A DNA stretch of 64,000 bases from NCBI GenBank assembly GCA_965287045.1, contig OZ336871.1:128340001-128404000 (forward strand), read 5' to 3'. Under the pieces are notes generated by a model. It searched no databases and was not told the origin of the DNA. It worked only from the letters and a program-made list of their open reading frames with translations. The position numbers and the translations under genes are program-made. Source of the DNA: Carcharhinus amblyrhynchos (Eukaryota). Shown here one piece after another: positions 1 through 11,755 of the stretch (its first letter is position 1; each line of letters opens with the position of its first letter).

Positions 1-374
1 TAGCAGAAATAAGTGCTGTAACTTCAAACCCCCATTAAGGTTTATGATGGATCTGTAGATGACTGATGATATTACGAGCAGTTTCATAAATAGAATCTTC
101 TAGTTTGCGGTCGTCCATCAGCCCAATTTTACATAACGTATGTGAAATATAGTAAAAGACTTATTGAAGTGTTGCCAAAAATGTGGATACAAGGCATGTT
201 TCTTACTGACTTATAATGAATCTCAGTCCAGTTAGAAATGATATGCATGGGGCAGGATGGTGAAGTAGATCATGTAACATTATTGAAAGGTAGGCGCTTA
301 CACACACAGTTGTTGATACCGAATTACTGAACTCAAGTGCAACTATGAAAGTATTCTTGCTTGCAAGGAGAGGT

Positions 375-450
375 GGAGGCGGTGACATAGTGGTATTGAA
401 CTGGTAATCCAGAGACCAAGAATAATGCTCTGGGGGACTGAGCATTTAGA
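375..450 (+). mobile_element. tRNA-derived SINE head fragment (same family as 36910-37190 and 15605-15960)
   Basis: ggaggcggtgacatagtggtattgaactggtaatccagag...aatgctctgggg recurs at 36910 (+) and 15880-15960 (-). Confidence 0.6.
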
Positions 451-599
451 TTCGTGGGATTAGGTGCAGTCCCAACAATGGCCACCGCTCCCAGTGGCGC
501 TGCTGAAACTACATAGCTGTCGGCCAATGGCTTGATACCCTGAATAAGGGGCAGACCTCCCGTCTCAAACCAATTAACACTGCAGAATGGCAGCAGGAC

Positions 600-1545
600 A
601 GCCAACATCGATTTGTTTCCTGCTAAAATAAATGCTGTAGTGCTCCAGGGAAGCCCAACACAAGCTGGACAAGGAGCATCTTGTCTTCCAGTTAGACACA
701 TTACAGCCCTGGTGACTCAACAGCGAGTTCCACAATTTTAAACTGTGACCTTTCACCTCCATCTTAATCCTTTTTTAAATATCCCAAGCATTTTTTGTCC
801 CAGTGCAAACCACACCCCCTCCCCAAACATCTGTGTCTCCTTCTCAAGTTTGCTACATCCTTGTTGCAATCTCTACCAGTTCTAGCTGATCACTGTTCCA
901 GCTGTTTCACCCCTCTTCTGTTTATTGCTGCCATCAGACTGTACATGGACCTACGTTATATTAAGCCGATCCTTCTCTACACCTTACCTATGACTGTAGC
1001 ACTACATTCTGCATCCTCTTCTTTCCTGCTCCCCTATGTACTCTATGAATGGTATGCTTTGTCTGTATACTGCACAAGAAGCAATACTTATCACTATCCC
1101 AATACATGTGACAAAATAAATTAACTTAATACTATAATTATTCTGCACAAGTAGGCTTACATTAAATTTGCAATGATGTTACGGTGGAAATCTCCTAGTC
1201 GCCACACTCTGGCACCTGTTCGGGTACACAGAGGGAGAATTTAGCATGGCAATGCATCAGCACGTATTTTGGACTGTGGGAGAAAACTGGAGCTGAGAAA
1301 ACTGAGGGAAACCCACGCAGGCACAGGGAGAACATGCGAACTCCAGTGACCCAAGCCAGGGATTGGTCCCAGGTCCCTGGCTCTGTGAGGCAGCAGTGCT
1401 AACCAGGATGCCACCATGCCACTCCATATTATCTCTCTCAGTTCTGAAGAAGAGTCAAACGGACTCAAAACCCTGTTTTCTCTGCTAACAGGTACAGCCA
1501 AAACCCCTGCTGAGCTTTTCCAGTATTCACTGTTGGTTTGTTTCC
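600..1545 (+). mobile_element. Penelope-like element 3' end (endonuclease C-terminus plus pLTR with decayed hammerhead), interrupted by a Rex/Babar-like tail (~920-1120) and a SINE
   Basis: ~640-748 translates to CSREAQHKLDKEHLVFQLDTLQPW*LNSEFHNFKL*, matching the 60470-60561 copy. CTGAAGA-agagtc-aaacg-gactc-AAAA at 1444-1470. Confidence 0.75.
1140..1415 (-). mobile_element. HE1/V-SINE-like tRNA-derived SINE (tail type B)
   Basis: The reverse complement begins with a tRNA-like head (tggttagcactgctgcctcacag...ggacc), then the core gttctccctgtgcctgcgtgggtttcc. Confidence 0.85.
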
Positions 1546-2299
1546 TGCTGTCTTTTTTAAGTGACTTGAGAAGTCCACCATCTGAAATCCGCCACACCCC
1601 GCCATCCCCCTCTCCGTCCAATTTACTGGGATTAAATCCCACTTCAGAAAACTGCCATCGGATCTGATTGGCTGACAGCCATGTAGTCCCAACAGTGCTA
1701 CTGGACGCTGGTATCTCTATTGGGACTGCAACTGGTCCCATGCTTGTCTTTGTGGTCTATTTCAGAATCAAATTGATGAAATCTCATCAGTTGGCACCTT
1801 TGGTGTTCACTGTGGCTGATGGGGAGGGAAAAACGAAAGGGACTGGAAAGAACGTAACTTTTTTACATTCATTCTCAATATATGTGCACCACTGACAACA
1901 CCAGCAGTAACTGTCTATCCCTAGTTGTAGTCTGTTTCCCACTTCCACCAAAGTTTTATTTCTAAAGGCATTCCTACCATGCAGTTAGGTCCATTGTTAC
2001 ATGATCTTGTAACAATGAAGAAACAGTGATATTTGTCCATGTCGGGATGTTGTGCTCTCTGAGGGGAATTTGGAGTTCCAAACACCTAGAAAATGAGATT
2101 AATCCAACTTCAGTGGTAGTTATTGCTGGTGTGGACACAATGGACTGAAGCGTCTTTTCTGAGCTGTGTGACTCTATGAAGCTGCTGCTTTTGTTCTTCT
2201 AGGAGGTGGAAGTCATTATTTAAAAAAAAATGCCACGTCAAAAGGTCATTAAAAAGATAAGTGCTGGGGTGGTATAGTAATATAACATTACATACCAGA

Positions 2300-3262
2300 A
2301 ATATTGGAGAACATAGAGTTTCATGTGAGAGAGGAACTGGAGGAGATCAGTATTAGTAGAGAAATGGTGTTGATGAAATTGATGGGGTTGAAGGCCAATA
2401 AATCCCCAGGGCCTGATAAACTACATCCCATAGTACTTCAGGAATTAGAAATAGGTGTCCGTGTACACCAATGGATGCATTGGTGGTCATTGTAATAACT
2501 GCATGGAAGTGAAAATCCTGTCACCAAGTTACTTTGTTTACACCATACATCGGTACACAGCCAGCTCTCCAGTTGCTCCCTGCTGATTGCAGGCTGGGAG
2601 ACTGACACACCTGCTTTAAATAGGGAGCATGAGGCTCCCTGATTTAACCATCAATTAGGACTCATCAGGTACCTCTTTTGCACACCAACCAAGTAAACTA
2701 GCTCAAATTAACTTAAATGACAAGAACTCATCAGATATTTCATACGTTAGCAAGCCAACCTCATTAGCCTGGCTGAAGTCATCACAGTCAGCTCCCAAGA
2801 CTCGATAAACTCTGGAACAGTTCCTACAGATTGGAGGGTTGCTAATGAAACCCCACTAGTTAAAAAGTGATATTGAGTCAGTGAGGATTACATTTGCTGG
2901 AGTTCAGAAGAATGAGGGGGAATCTCATAGAAACTTCTTTAGAAAATTCTAAAATGATCAGACAGGTGGGTGCAGGAAAGATGTTCCCGATAGTAGGGAC
3001 ACGCAAAACTAGGGGTCCTAATCTAAGGATATGGGGTAAATCTTTTAGTACTGAGATGAGGAGAAAGTGCTTCACCCAAAGAGTGGTAAGCCATGGAATT
3101 CGCTACCACAGAAAGCAGTTGAGGCGACGGGGAGGAAAAAATATAGGGAGAGGGCAGGATCATTCTGTTGAGCTGGATAATCGGGCATGATCAGAATGAA
3201 TGGTGAAACAAGCTCAAAAGGCCGAATGGCCTACTCCTGTTCCTATTTTCTATGTTTTTATG
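2300..3262 (+). mobile_element. Decayed CR1 LINE ORF2 fragments and 3' UTR, interrupted by a solo-LTR-like insert
   Basis: KLMGLKANKSPGPDKLHP and LEFRRMRGNLIET peptides; 3' end ggccgaatggcctactcctgttcctattttctatg. Confidence 0.9.
2491..2786. mobile_element. Probable solo LTR (296 bp)
   Basis: Termini TGTAA...TCACA, flanked by GTCAT (2486-2490) and GTCAG (2787-2791). The CR1 sequence resumes in register after it. Confidence 0.7.
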
Positions 3263-3644
3263 GATTGAGGATTGATTAATATATGGGAAGCACAGCAGAG
3301 ATAAATGTTTGATGTTCTGGGCAATTACATTCAATCCTGTGTCAAGAGAAAACACTTAGACCAAGATTGTTGTTTCTTTCTGTAAAGTGACATGGCAATT
3401 GATGGTATCCGTGAAGTGATCTCCAGCGATTGCCATATTTCATATGACAGTCAATCATGGAAGGTGATGTGAAGAGTTCTGGGGCAGAAAAAAAAGTAAA
3501 CAGGAAAAGCAGCAGTTTCACTGGATTTATTTCGCATTGAAATAAATCTAAATGATCAATCTGTGCAATATCCCATTTCTGACACTTTCAGCATTTGATA
3601 TCGAATCAGTAGATTCAAGACACATTTGTTGGCCCTGTTGCCTC

Positions 3645-3905
3645 TCAGCGCCAGAGACCTGGGTTAGATTCCCAGCTTGGGTCACTGTCTGTGCGGAGTC
3701 TGCACGTTCTCCCCGTGTCTGCGTGGGTTTCCTCTGGGTGCTCCGGTTTACTCCCATAGTCCAAAAGACGTGCTGGTTAGATGCGTGGACCGTGCTAAAT
3801 TCTCCCTCGATATACCCAAAAAGGCGACTACAGGACTTTCACAGTAACTTCATTGCAGTGTTAATGTAAGCCTACTTGTGACTAATGAATAAACCTTAAA
3901 AACTT
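3645..3905 (+). mobile_element. HE1/V-SINE-like SINE (tail type B)
   Basis: ggtcactgtctgtgcggagtctgcacgttctccccgtgtctgcgtgggtttcc core; tail ...gtaagcctacttgtgactaatgaataaac. Confidence 0.85.
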
Positions 3906-4540
3906 TAAACTATCAGCCATTTAAATGTGTTGGCACAACCTCATGTCTGCTGTTCTGTTACTACTTTGCTCTGTTGATTGACCTCCGTTCAGAAACCGAA
4001 CACTTCACTTTGGAGGAAGGGGGTAGGGATCCCGGTGACAATCCGAACTCTCATAACAAACCGTGTCTCGTTAAGCAGGTACAGTAATGTTGAGGGAAAA
4101 CATGGACAAAAATAGATGATCGAGATCGCCTGTTAGCCAGATAAAGCAGATTAGCCAAGAGGCAGCTTGTAAACGAAGCTTCTAGGTGAAAAAAAAGTTC
4201 CAGATTTTAATGGCAAAAATAAAACTGCTGATTAACACTTAAAAGTCCTGTTGGAGACGTGTATGAATCTAAAACATTGGGTCTGACAAATCATTGATTC
4301 TCTTTGTTGAGTGCGTGGGTGTTAGGAGAAGCCAATTTTCCTTAATGTTAGCAGACTTCAATTTGATCTCTTGAGGAACTAATAGAACACTCACTGTTTC
4401 TCTGAATTATACTGCAATCAATAAGTGACAGAAACGTGTTCTGTATTGCTGCAAGCTGCAGCAATCCATTCCACACTTTATTCCGAGGGCTCTGAGGGGT
4501 TGTTTCACAGCTACCAAACACTGGCTAAGAACATTTTGCT

Positions 4541-4702
4541 AAAGGCAAAATAGTGCGGATGTGGAATCTGAAACAACAAACAGAAGATGCTGGAAAATCT
4601 CAGCAGGTCTGTCAGAGCTCTGAAGAAGGGTGATCTAAAATCGAAACATTGGCTCTATTTTCTCTCCACAGATGCTGTCAGACCTGCTGAGATTTTCCAG
4701 CA
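4541..4702. mobile_element. Penelope pLTR-derived fold-back element with hammerhead motif
   Basis: Inverted arms tgctggaaaatctcagcaggtctg / cagacctgctgagattttccagca. CTGAAGA at 4620-4626, GAAA at 4643-4646; stem I agagct/ggctct. Confidence 0.75.
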
Positions 4703-4842
4703 GACTCAATGGACCGAATGGCCTAATTCTCCTCCTCTGTCTTACGGTCAGACCTGCTGAGATTTTCCAGCAGACTCAATGGACCGAATGGCCTAATTCT
4801 CCTCCTCTGTCTTACGGTCAGACCTGCTGAGATTTTCCAGCA
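4677..4842 (+). repeat. Perfect 70-bp tandem repeat (about 2.4 copies)
   Basis: gacctgctgagattttccagca starts at 4681, 4751 and 4821; the units are identical. Confidence 0.95.
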
Positions 4843-5481
4843 CTTTGCTGATAACTGTATCACCATTGTACAACTTCAACAATGTGCAAGCTAATGTAAC
4901 CATTGGCAGTGGATACTTAATGAATCAAATAGCATTCCATGAGCACTTTAAATACTGGTACACGTACAGCGTGTTTTAGAATGCTCTTTTCACGGGAGAA
5001 TAGGTGTGGAAGGAGAAAATGGTTAAATAATGGCATTTTGATTCGGAAAGTTAGTGAACAGTGGAAATAAGGGACTACTACTCAAGAAGGAACAAAAACA
5101 GGAAATGCTGAGAATGTTTCCATAGGAATATAGAACCAAGGTGAGCCAAGGAAGTACAAATCAGCCATGGTCTAGTGGACTGATGGAACATGCTTGTGGC
5201 ACTGACAGGCCTGCTGCTGTTCCCATATCCTATTCTGAGAGATAAGTAGGTGCTGTAAAGACAGGAAAATGGTTATTGCTTCAGATCTTTCCAGAATTTT
5301 CAGTATTTCATATTTTTGGACCCATCAAAAAAAATAATGAGTTGCTACACTTCAGCATCAACCATTTATGATGTGAGAGATTAAATAGATCTAAAAGCCA
5401 TCATGCAGGATGACTTAAAAAAAATCTGACAGGCACAGAATTTCCTTCGGAGTGATGAGGGAAAAGCCAATCAGTGCATTC

Positions 5482-5757
5482 CTAACATAGAACATTACAG
5501 CACAGTACAGGCCCTTCAGCCCTTGATGTTGTGCTGAGCTATGTCCAATCCCAAGATCAAGCTATCCCATTCCGTATCATTCTGGTGTGCTCCATGTGCC
5601 TATCCAATAACCGCTTGAAAGCTCCTAAAGTGTCCGACTCCACTGTCACAGCGGGCAATCTATTCCACACCCCAACCACTCTGAGTGAAGAATCCATCTC
5701 GGACATCCCTCCTATATCTTCCACCATAAACTTTATAGTTATGCTCCCTAGTAACAG
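5482..5757 (-). mobile_element. CR1 LINE 3' end (same subfamily as 43550-44497)
   Basis: Near reverse complement of 44215-44495; tail aacatagaacattacagcacag. Confidence 0.9.
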
Positions 5758-6516
5758 TTCTTAATTGGTCTTTTCACGTCCAGCTCACATTTTGCTAGCA
5801 ATGTTTGAGCTGCTTTTCCACATGAGCAAGGAAGATGGGGGTCCTTTCGGGATTGCAACTGCGGTGCTTAATGTAAAGCAGGAAGAACAAAGTCACAACA
5901 CCGCTGTTGTTCCAGACCAGCACAGCCTGAGCAACCAAACAGCTCACAGTGACTGGGATGGAAGTTGGATCTTCTGCCGGTCATTAGTATGAATAAACGT
6001 ACCAGGAAACAAAGTTCGTTGTTTCCCCAAAACAAAGAAGTCCGCGAGAACACTTCTTTTATTCTGCCCCCAGGAGTATGAATGTTTTGCATAATAAGCT
6101 AATTGGTATGCACACAGGGCAGCGAGATCACAAGTAGCTCATCAGTCGAACAAACCGAGCTACCATTCATACTGACATTGTCCATTTCCACATGAATCAT
6201 TCAGATCCCCAAGGTTTTGCATCAGAGTTTAAAAAACCATTTGGTTCTAATGTCTGATATTTGTCACAGTTGCCAGCTGTGTTTAATTTCAGGGTAAATA
6301 CCACTACAAACAGTGCCTTCTCACCAGCATTTTCTTATATTGAAACAATTCTTTCTCATAGAAAATAATGGTGTTTTGCTTTGCATTCAATATCAAGCAG
6401 TTTCAAAAATACATTAATGGGAGGGGTGAAGGGGAAATAAATTAGAGTGAGGGATATATCGACAATAATTACATTTGTGAGGGTTGGATCTCCAACACTT
6501 ATTTAAAGCAGATATT

Positions 6517-7192
6517 ATCATAGAATCCCTACAGTGCAGAAGGAGGCCATTCAGCCCATCAAGCCTGCACTGACCACAATCCCACCCAGGGTCATCCTTG
6601 CAACCCCACATATTTACTCTGTTAGTCCCCCTGACTCTAAGGGCAATTTAGCATGGCCAAACAATGTAACCCGCACATTGAAGAGAGATTGAATAGATTA
6701 GGACTTTATTCCCTGGAGCGTAGAAGAATGAGGGGGGATTTCATAGAGGTGTACAAGATTTTGATGGGTATAGATAGAGTGAATGCAAGCAAGCTTTTTC
6801 CACTGAGGCTGGGGGAGGAGAAAAAAACCAGAGGGCATGGGTTAAGGGTGAAAGGAGAAAAGTTTAAAGGGAATATTAGGGGGGATTCTTCACACAGAGA
6901 GTGGTGGGAGTGTGGAATGAGCTACCGGATAATGTGGTAAATGCGGGGTCACTTTTAACATTTAAGAAAAACTTAGAATGGTTCATGGCTGAGAAGGGTG
7001 TGGAGGGATATGGTCCAGGTGCAGGTCAGTGGGACTAGGCAAAAAATGGTTTGGCGCAGACAAGAAGGGCCAAAAGGCTTGTTTCTGAGCTGTAATTTTC
7101 TATGGTTCTATCTTTGGACAATGGGAGGAAACCCACACAGGCACAGGGAGAACATGCAAACTCCACACAGCCAGTCACCCAAAGCTGGAATT
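6517..7192 (-). mobile_element. HE1-like SINE (tail type A) interrupted by a + strand CR1 3' fragment at ~6678-7110
   Basis: The SINE sequence ccgcacat|ctttggac is split by EERLNRLGLYSLERRRMRGD...tttctatggttcta. Confidence 0.85.
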
Positions 7193-7214
7193 TTGCTGTT
7201 TCCATCCCCTCTTA

Positions 7215-7390
7215 TACATTAAATAATCCAACGCTTTTCTCCCTTTCTTTAACTCTGAAGCAGAGTCATACTGACTCGAAATGCTAACTCTGTTTTCTCT
7301 CCACAGATGCTGCCAGGAGTGCTGAGTCTTTTTTCTTGCATTCTCTGTTATTCTTTCAGATTCCAGCATCAGCAATATTTTGCTTTTACG
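7215..7390 (+). mobile_element. Penelope pLTR fragment with decayed hammerhead
   Basis: CTGAAGC-agagtc-atact-gactc-GAAA at 7255-7281, then tctctccacagatgctgcc...tcagattccagcatc. Confidence 0.7.
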
Positions 7391-7609
7391 CTATTGCACA
7401 AAAAGGGTTGACCCACTTTAGAATCCTGTTTACAAACTTTAGCAAGTACCAACTCAGAATGCTGCTGATGTTTTGGTGTTCGGCACTCTCTGGATCTTAG
7501 CATGTAGTCTGAAGATATTTAAACACGTGTGTTAGTCAATACCTTAAACCTGGATCTTCTGAGAAGCATCAGTCATTGTCAGCTTGCCGCTCCGCTTGAA
7601 GGTTTCCCC

Positions 7610-7830
7610 CGACTCGGTGCCTTGAGTGTCAGCCTGCGTGGAGTTGGTGCGTCCTCTGTCTCCAGGTGCTCTGGTTTTCTCCCACAGTCCAAAATTGCAT
7701 AGGTTAGCTGGATTAACCATGGGATTACAGGGATAGGGTGGGGATGGACCTGGGTAAAATGCTGTTTTGGAGAGTTGATGTAGACTCAATGGGCCAAATG
7801 GCCTCTTTCTGTACTGAAGTGTTTCTATAG
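7610..7830 (+). mobile_element. Decayed HE1-like SINE (tail type A)
   Basis: tcccacagtccaaaattgcataggttag...gactcaatgggccaaatggcctc. Confidence 0.7.
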
Positions 7831-8167
7831 ATGCTGCCAGCATTTCCTCTGGGACCTTCCCAGTCTGCCTTTTCCAGAAATTTGGATGGGAGTATCCCTT
7901 GGAGGTGGAAGTTAGGACACGTGCCCTTCTTATGGCAATAGTTGCTGTATGGTAAGTTTGAACGTCAAGTCTGAATGTGGGTGAATAGGTAAAGGAGTGA
8001 ATGGGTGTGATGGTGAGGGGATGGTGGTGAAGTGATGGGTGAGGTGTGTCTTTGAGACAAGTCAGTTAGGTGATGGAGGTCAATAGTGGTTGGAAGAGAT
8101 GGTTGAATCCTAGTGTCTATTGCGGGGACTGTTGGAGTAGTTGGGGCTCAACATAGTTGGGAGAGAG

Positions 8168-8478
8168 AGTCATAGAGGTTTACAGTATGGAAGCCGGCCC
8201 TTTGGCCTAACTTGTCCATACTGCTCTTTTTTTAAACCCCTAAACTAATCCCGCTTTCCTGCATTTGGCCCATCTCCCTCTATACCCATCTTATACATGT
8301 AACTATCTAAATACATTTTAAAAGACAACATTGTACCTGTCTCCAATACTACCTCTGGCAGCTTGTTCCAGACATTCACCACCCTCTGTGTGAAAAAATT
8401 GGCCCTCTAGTCATTTTTGTATCTCTCCCCTCTCACCTCAAACCTACGTCCTCTAGTTTTAGACTCCCTTACTTTTGA
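8168..8478 (-). mobile_element. CR1 3' fragment within G/T-rich low-complexity sequence
   Basis: Minus-strand peptide ESKTRGRRFEVRGERYK; tail catagaggtttacag. Confidence 0.85.
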
Positions 8479-9179
8479 GAAGCCAGGTATGGTTGGGGGC
8501 GAGGTAGTCAGCAGGTCATAGGGGGTAGGAAGATCGTTGGGGGTTGACATGGTCGGGAGAGATAGGCAGGTTGGGGACTTGGTTGTTGGGGGTAGTTGCA
8601 AGGTCATGTGTTGAGGGGGAGTCTTGGGATGGATGATTGGGGGCTGGTGTGAGTAATTTGGGGTGTCAGTTCTGTACACATCCAGGAGTTAGACTAGGAT
8701 TTTTTTTTCTAACGTTTCCTGGGTAACTATTCAGGTAGGTATTGTGGAATTGTCTGAATACTCTGACCTTAGCTCAGAGTCAAAAACATATGTGGAGCGT
8801 CCCAGAGATTAGGGGAATTGTCCATTGGAAGTTCAAACCTCTGGGCAATTCTCATAGAAATCAGCACGTTAGGACTTGTGTGGCATCTTTGATTGTAGGT
8901 CTGGTCTCCAATGATCTGGGGATTGGAAGATCTGGGCCATTTAGTCAGAGAGTAGTTGTAGCCAAAACTGCTGGATTCATCAAGGTTAATGTAAATAAGA
9001 ATTTGAAGCAGGGTGAAGACACGACAATGGAGAAAGAGGAGAGCGTAGCGTTGAGCTTGAACTATTTTATCAAAACATTAGAATAGCAGTGGGCCAAATA
9101 GTCATCTTTTACACTGTAAACCTCTATGGTTCCATGATGCAGAGTTCAAAATATGTTAAAGATTAACTTTGAAAGAATG

Positions 9180-9550
9180 GTAGAATTGCATTTTTATAGG
9201 CTCTTGTCATCTTAAATGTCTCAGAGTACTTCCTGTACATTGTACATTATGGTATTGTGCCGCTTGGTTATCAGGCAACATGCCAATGATTTTGTGTGTA
9301 GCAAGATTTAAGAAAATGCACCGTTAATCCATATTATTTAGCATGATCTTGATTCGGGGCAGAAACTCGCACATTGGAAAAAGTTCCAAATGGTGTCACT
9401 GGAACTTGAATGTTGACCTAAATTGGGTAGAGGTATTCCTGATTTAGCCTCACATTTGAAGGGCAGCACTTCAGACGTTATAACTGTCCCTCCCTACTCC
9501 GTATTAGCAGCCTAGATTATACCCTGGGTCTTGAAACGTTAACCACAATC
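9180..9550 (-). mobile_element. Old DeuSINE/SacSINE1-like SINE remnant
   Basis: tttgaagggcagcacttcagac...tccctactccgtattagcagcctagattat...cttgaaacg resembles the reverse complement of the Deu-domain SINE head and core; highly diverged. Confidence 0.5.
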
Positions 9551-9839
9551 ATCAGTGATTGTTCACAGGGTAGTACTTACACTTCCCTATGTGTTGCCAA
9601 TCTTGTTGGACTGCAATTGGTCAGAGATAGGGTGGGTATTCACAGACAAAAAGAGAGTAAAATATGAATCTTAATCAGTCGGTTGGTTATAGAGTGAAAT
9701 TTGTTGGTACCCGGTAATTCGGGACATTTATTTAGTGCGTAGTTCATAAAGACCTGGAAATTCCAGCTTTAATTCCAAGTTGCTGAAGTTGTCTAATTCC
9801 AGTCATGATTGTAAACTTAACTATCCTTGGTGTAGGGAG

Positions 9840-10425
9840 ACACAAGAGCACAAGAACAAAAAAATAGAAGTGGAATTAGGCTACCAGGCCCTTCAAGCCT
9901 ACCCCACCATTCAATATGGTCATGGCTAATCTATGCCGGCCTCAATTCCTTTTCTATGCCATTTCCTTACCGCCCCCTCTATTCCTCAATCTATCAAATG
10001 TTTATTCACCTCCACTTTAAAAACTTCTAATGATCCAGCCTCAACCACCCTCTGGGGTAGCGAATTCCAGATATTCACCACCGAGAAGGAATTGCTACGC
10101 ACCTCTGTTTTAACTGACTGGTCCTTTATCTTATTGTCCCCTTGTTTGAGACTCGCCTATTAGTGAAAACATCTCACCATATTCCCCCCCAGGATCTTAT
10201 CTGTTTGAATAGGGTCACCCCTCACTCTTTTAAACTCCAAGGAATACAGGCACAGACTATCAAGTCTCTCGATAGGGGCAACCCCCTCATCCCAGGATTT
10301 AGCATGGTGAATCTCCTTTGGACTTTCTCCAATGTTACTATATCCTATTTTAGGTAAGGAGACCAAAACATTATGCAATATTCCAAGTGAGGCCTCATCA
10401 ACACCCTGTATAATTGCAACAAAAC
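9840..10425 (-). mobile_element. CR1 LINE 3' fragment
   Basis: Minus-strand ERLDSLCLYSLEFKRVRGDPIQT; tail cacaagagcacaagaac. Confidence 0.85.
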
Positions 10426-10444
10426 AGAAATTGACCAGACTTCT

Positions 10445-10574
10445 GGGGCAAGATTTTCTGGTGGCATTCATCCCAAAACTGGAAAGTCCAGCCCGAGGTC
10501 CATGGACTTTTGTATGGTCCACCCCTCGTCTGCTATGATTCCCTTGGCAGGAGGGACAGGAAAATTTCTCCCCC
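10445..10574 (+). mobile_element. ~130-bp MITE-like element (other copies at 36042-36166 and 40297-40424)
   Basis: Short terminal inverted repeats ggggcaagattttc...gaaaatttctcccc; the internal sequence is shared by all three copies. Confidence 0.7.
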
Positions 10575-10759
10575 TTGTTTCTGATTATTGTCGATTTGTT
10601 TTGGTTTCACTTCCTGTACCATGTAGTAGTGCAAAAGGTTGATTTTCGTCTGTTCCCATAGTCGTTTTTTCCTGGATTCCCTAGCCTGTCATCAGAGGCC
10701 AGTAGCTTGAGGGGATGCCAGTCTGCATCAAGCACAACTGACTAGGAGTCTTTCCTGCT

Positions 10760-10926
10760 CTTACCGCCTGCCATTGGCGTGTTGGAAGGTGTTTGCAGGT
10801 TGATACTCAACCTGTTTGGCTGTGTTCGCACCTTCCTTGACCACCAAGTCCTGGAGTGAGACTGGAACCCAGAGCTTCTGGGCCAGAGGCAAGGACACTA
10901 CCCACTGTGCCACATGATCTCCCCCT
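10760..10926 (-). mobile_element. tRNA-derived SINE fragment (related copy at ~59955-60085, +)
   Basis: Reverse complement gtggcacagtgggtagtgtccttgcctctggcccagaagctctgggttccag shows an A/B-box-like head. Confidence 0.6.
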
Positions 10927-11755
10927 GCTGACCGACGTAAGATTTGTGCTGATATGACATTCATTTTGGCTGTGGTGACCCGTGCAGTTGAATAGCTGCC
11001 AGCATGCACTGTGAATGCTGCTTACGCATGAATACTTGAGGGAGATAGCAAGCCTCAGTGACCTTCACATCCACAGTACCAAGTCACAATCGTTTTGTTT
11101 TAGGATGTCTTCAAGAACCTGGGATGGTTGTATCAACAGTCCCTGATCTGATTGCCCTAGTGCTAGTTCTAAGGAATTTGTCGGGCTTTTCTCCTCCTTA
11201 CCCCTATTAGTTTGTGGTGAGCAGTCCATATTGTATCTGAAGAGTGCCAAGTATGGTTTGATGAGGCTTTTAACCATCATTCTATCAAATTTTCTCACAT
11301 CAGTTTAGTCTGTATCACTGTAATATCATTTTCTGTTGACAAAGGTTTTACTGAAGTCCACACCAAAGTTAAATGTGAAGTAGCATTGAGAATGTTTTCA
11401 ATTGCCCAGAGTTGCTGAGTGACATCAAGATATAATTTACTCTGATTTTAGAATACAATATATATATTTTGGAGATGAGTAAAGCCAGTTTTCTTTCATA
11501 ATGACAGCCTTAGGCGCGAACACACGCTGTTCCGATATTTCAAACTGTTCAGTAAAATCGCTGCGGAATAAAACGTTTTGTTCCAGCCAGGGGGACAGTG
11601 CTCGATTGAAGACATCTTGATTTTAAATTTTGCTGAGAGCAGTAAGGACGCGTATCAAGCACAGTTGTACCAGCTCTGCAACTCTATCCATTCACTCACG
11701 GAGGAAAGCGGTGTTCTTCAGTAACCCAATTCACTTATCGATCTCTTTCACGTAG

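Noticed and set aside
4677-4842. CRISPR-like repeat-spacer pattern (26-bp repeats with 44-bp spacers)
   Set aside because: The two spacers are identical and CR1-derived, the context is a vertebrate intron, and there are no cas genes.
1-11755. The preceding constitutive DIP2C exon (expected to end ...METGD)
   Set aside because: No matching translation found by eye; it probably lies upstream of the window.
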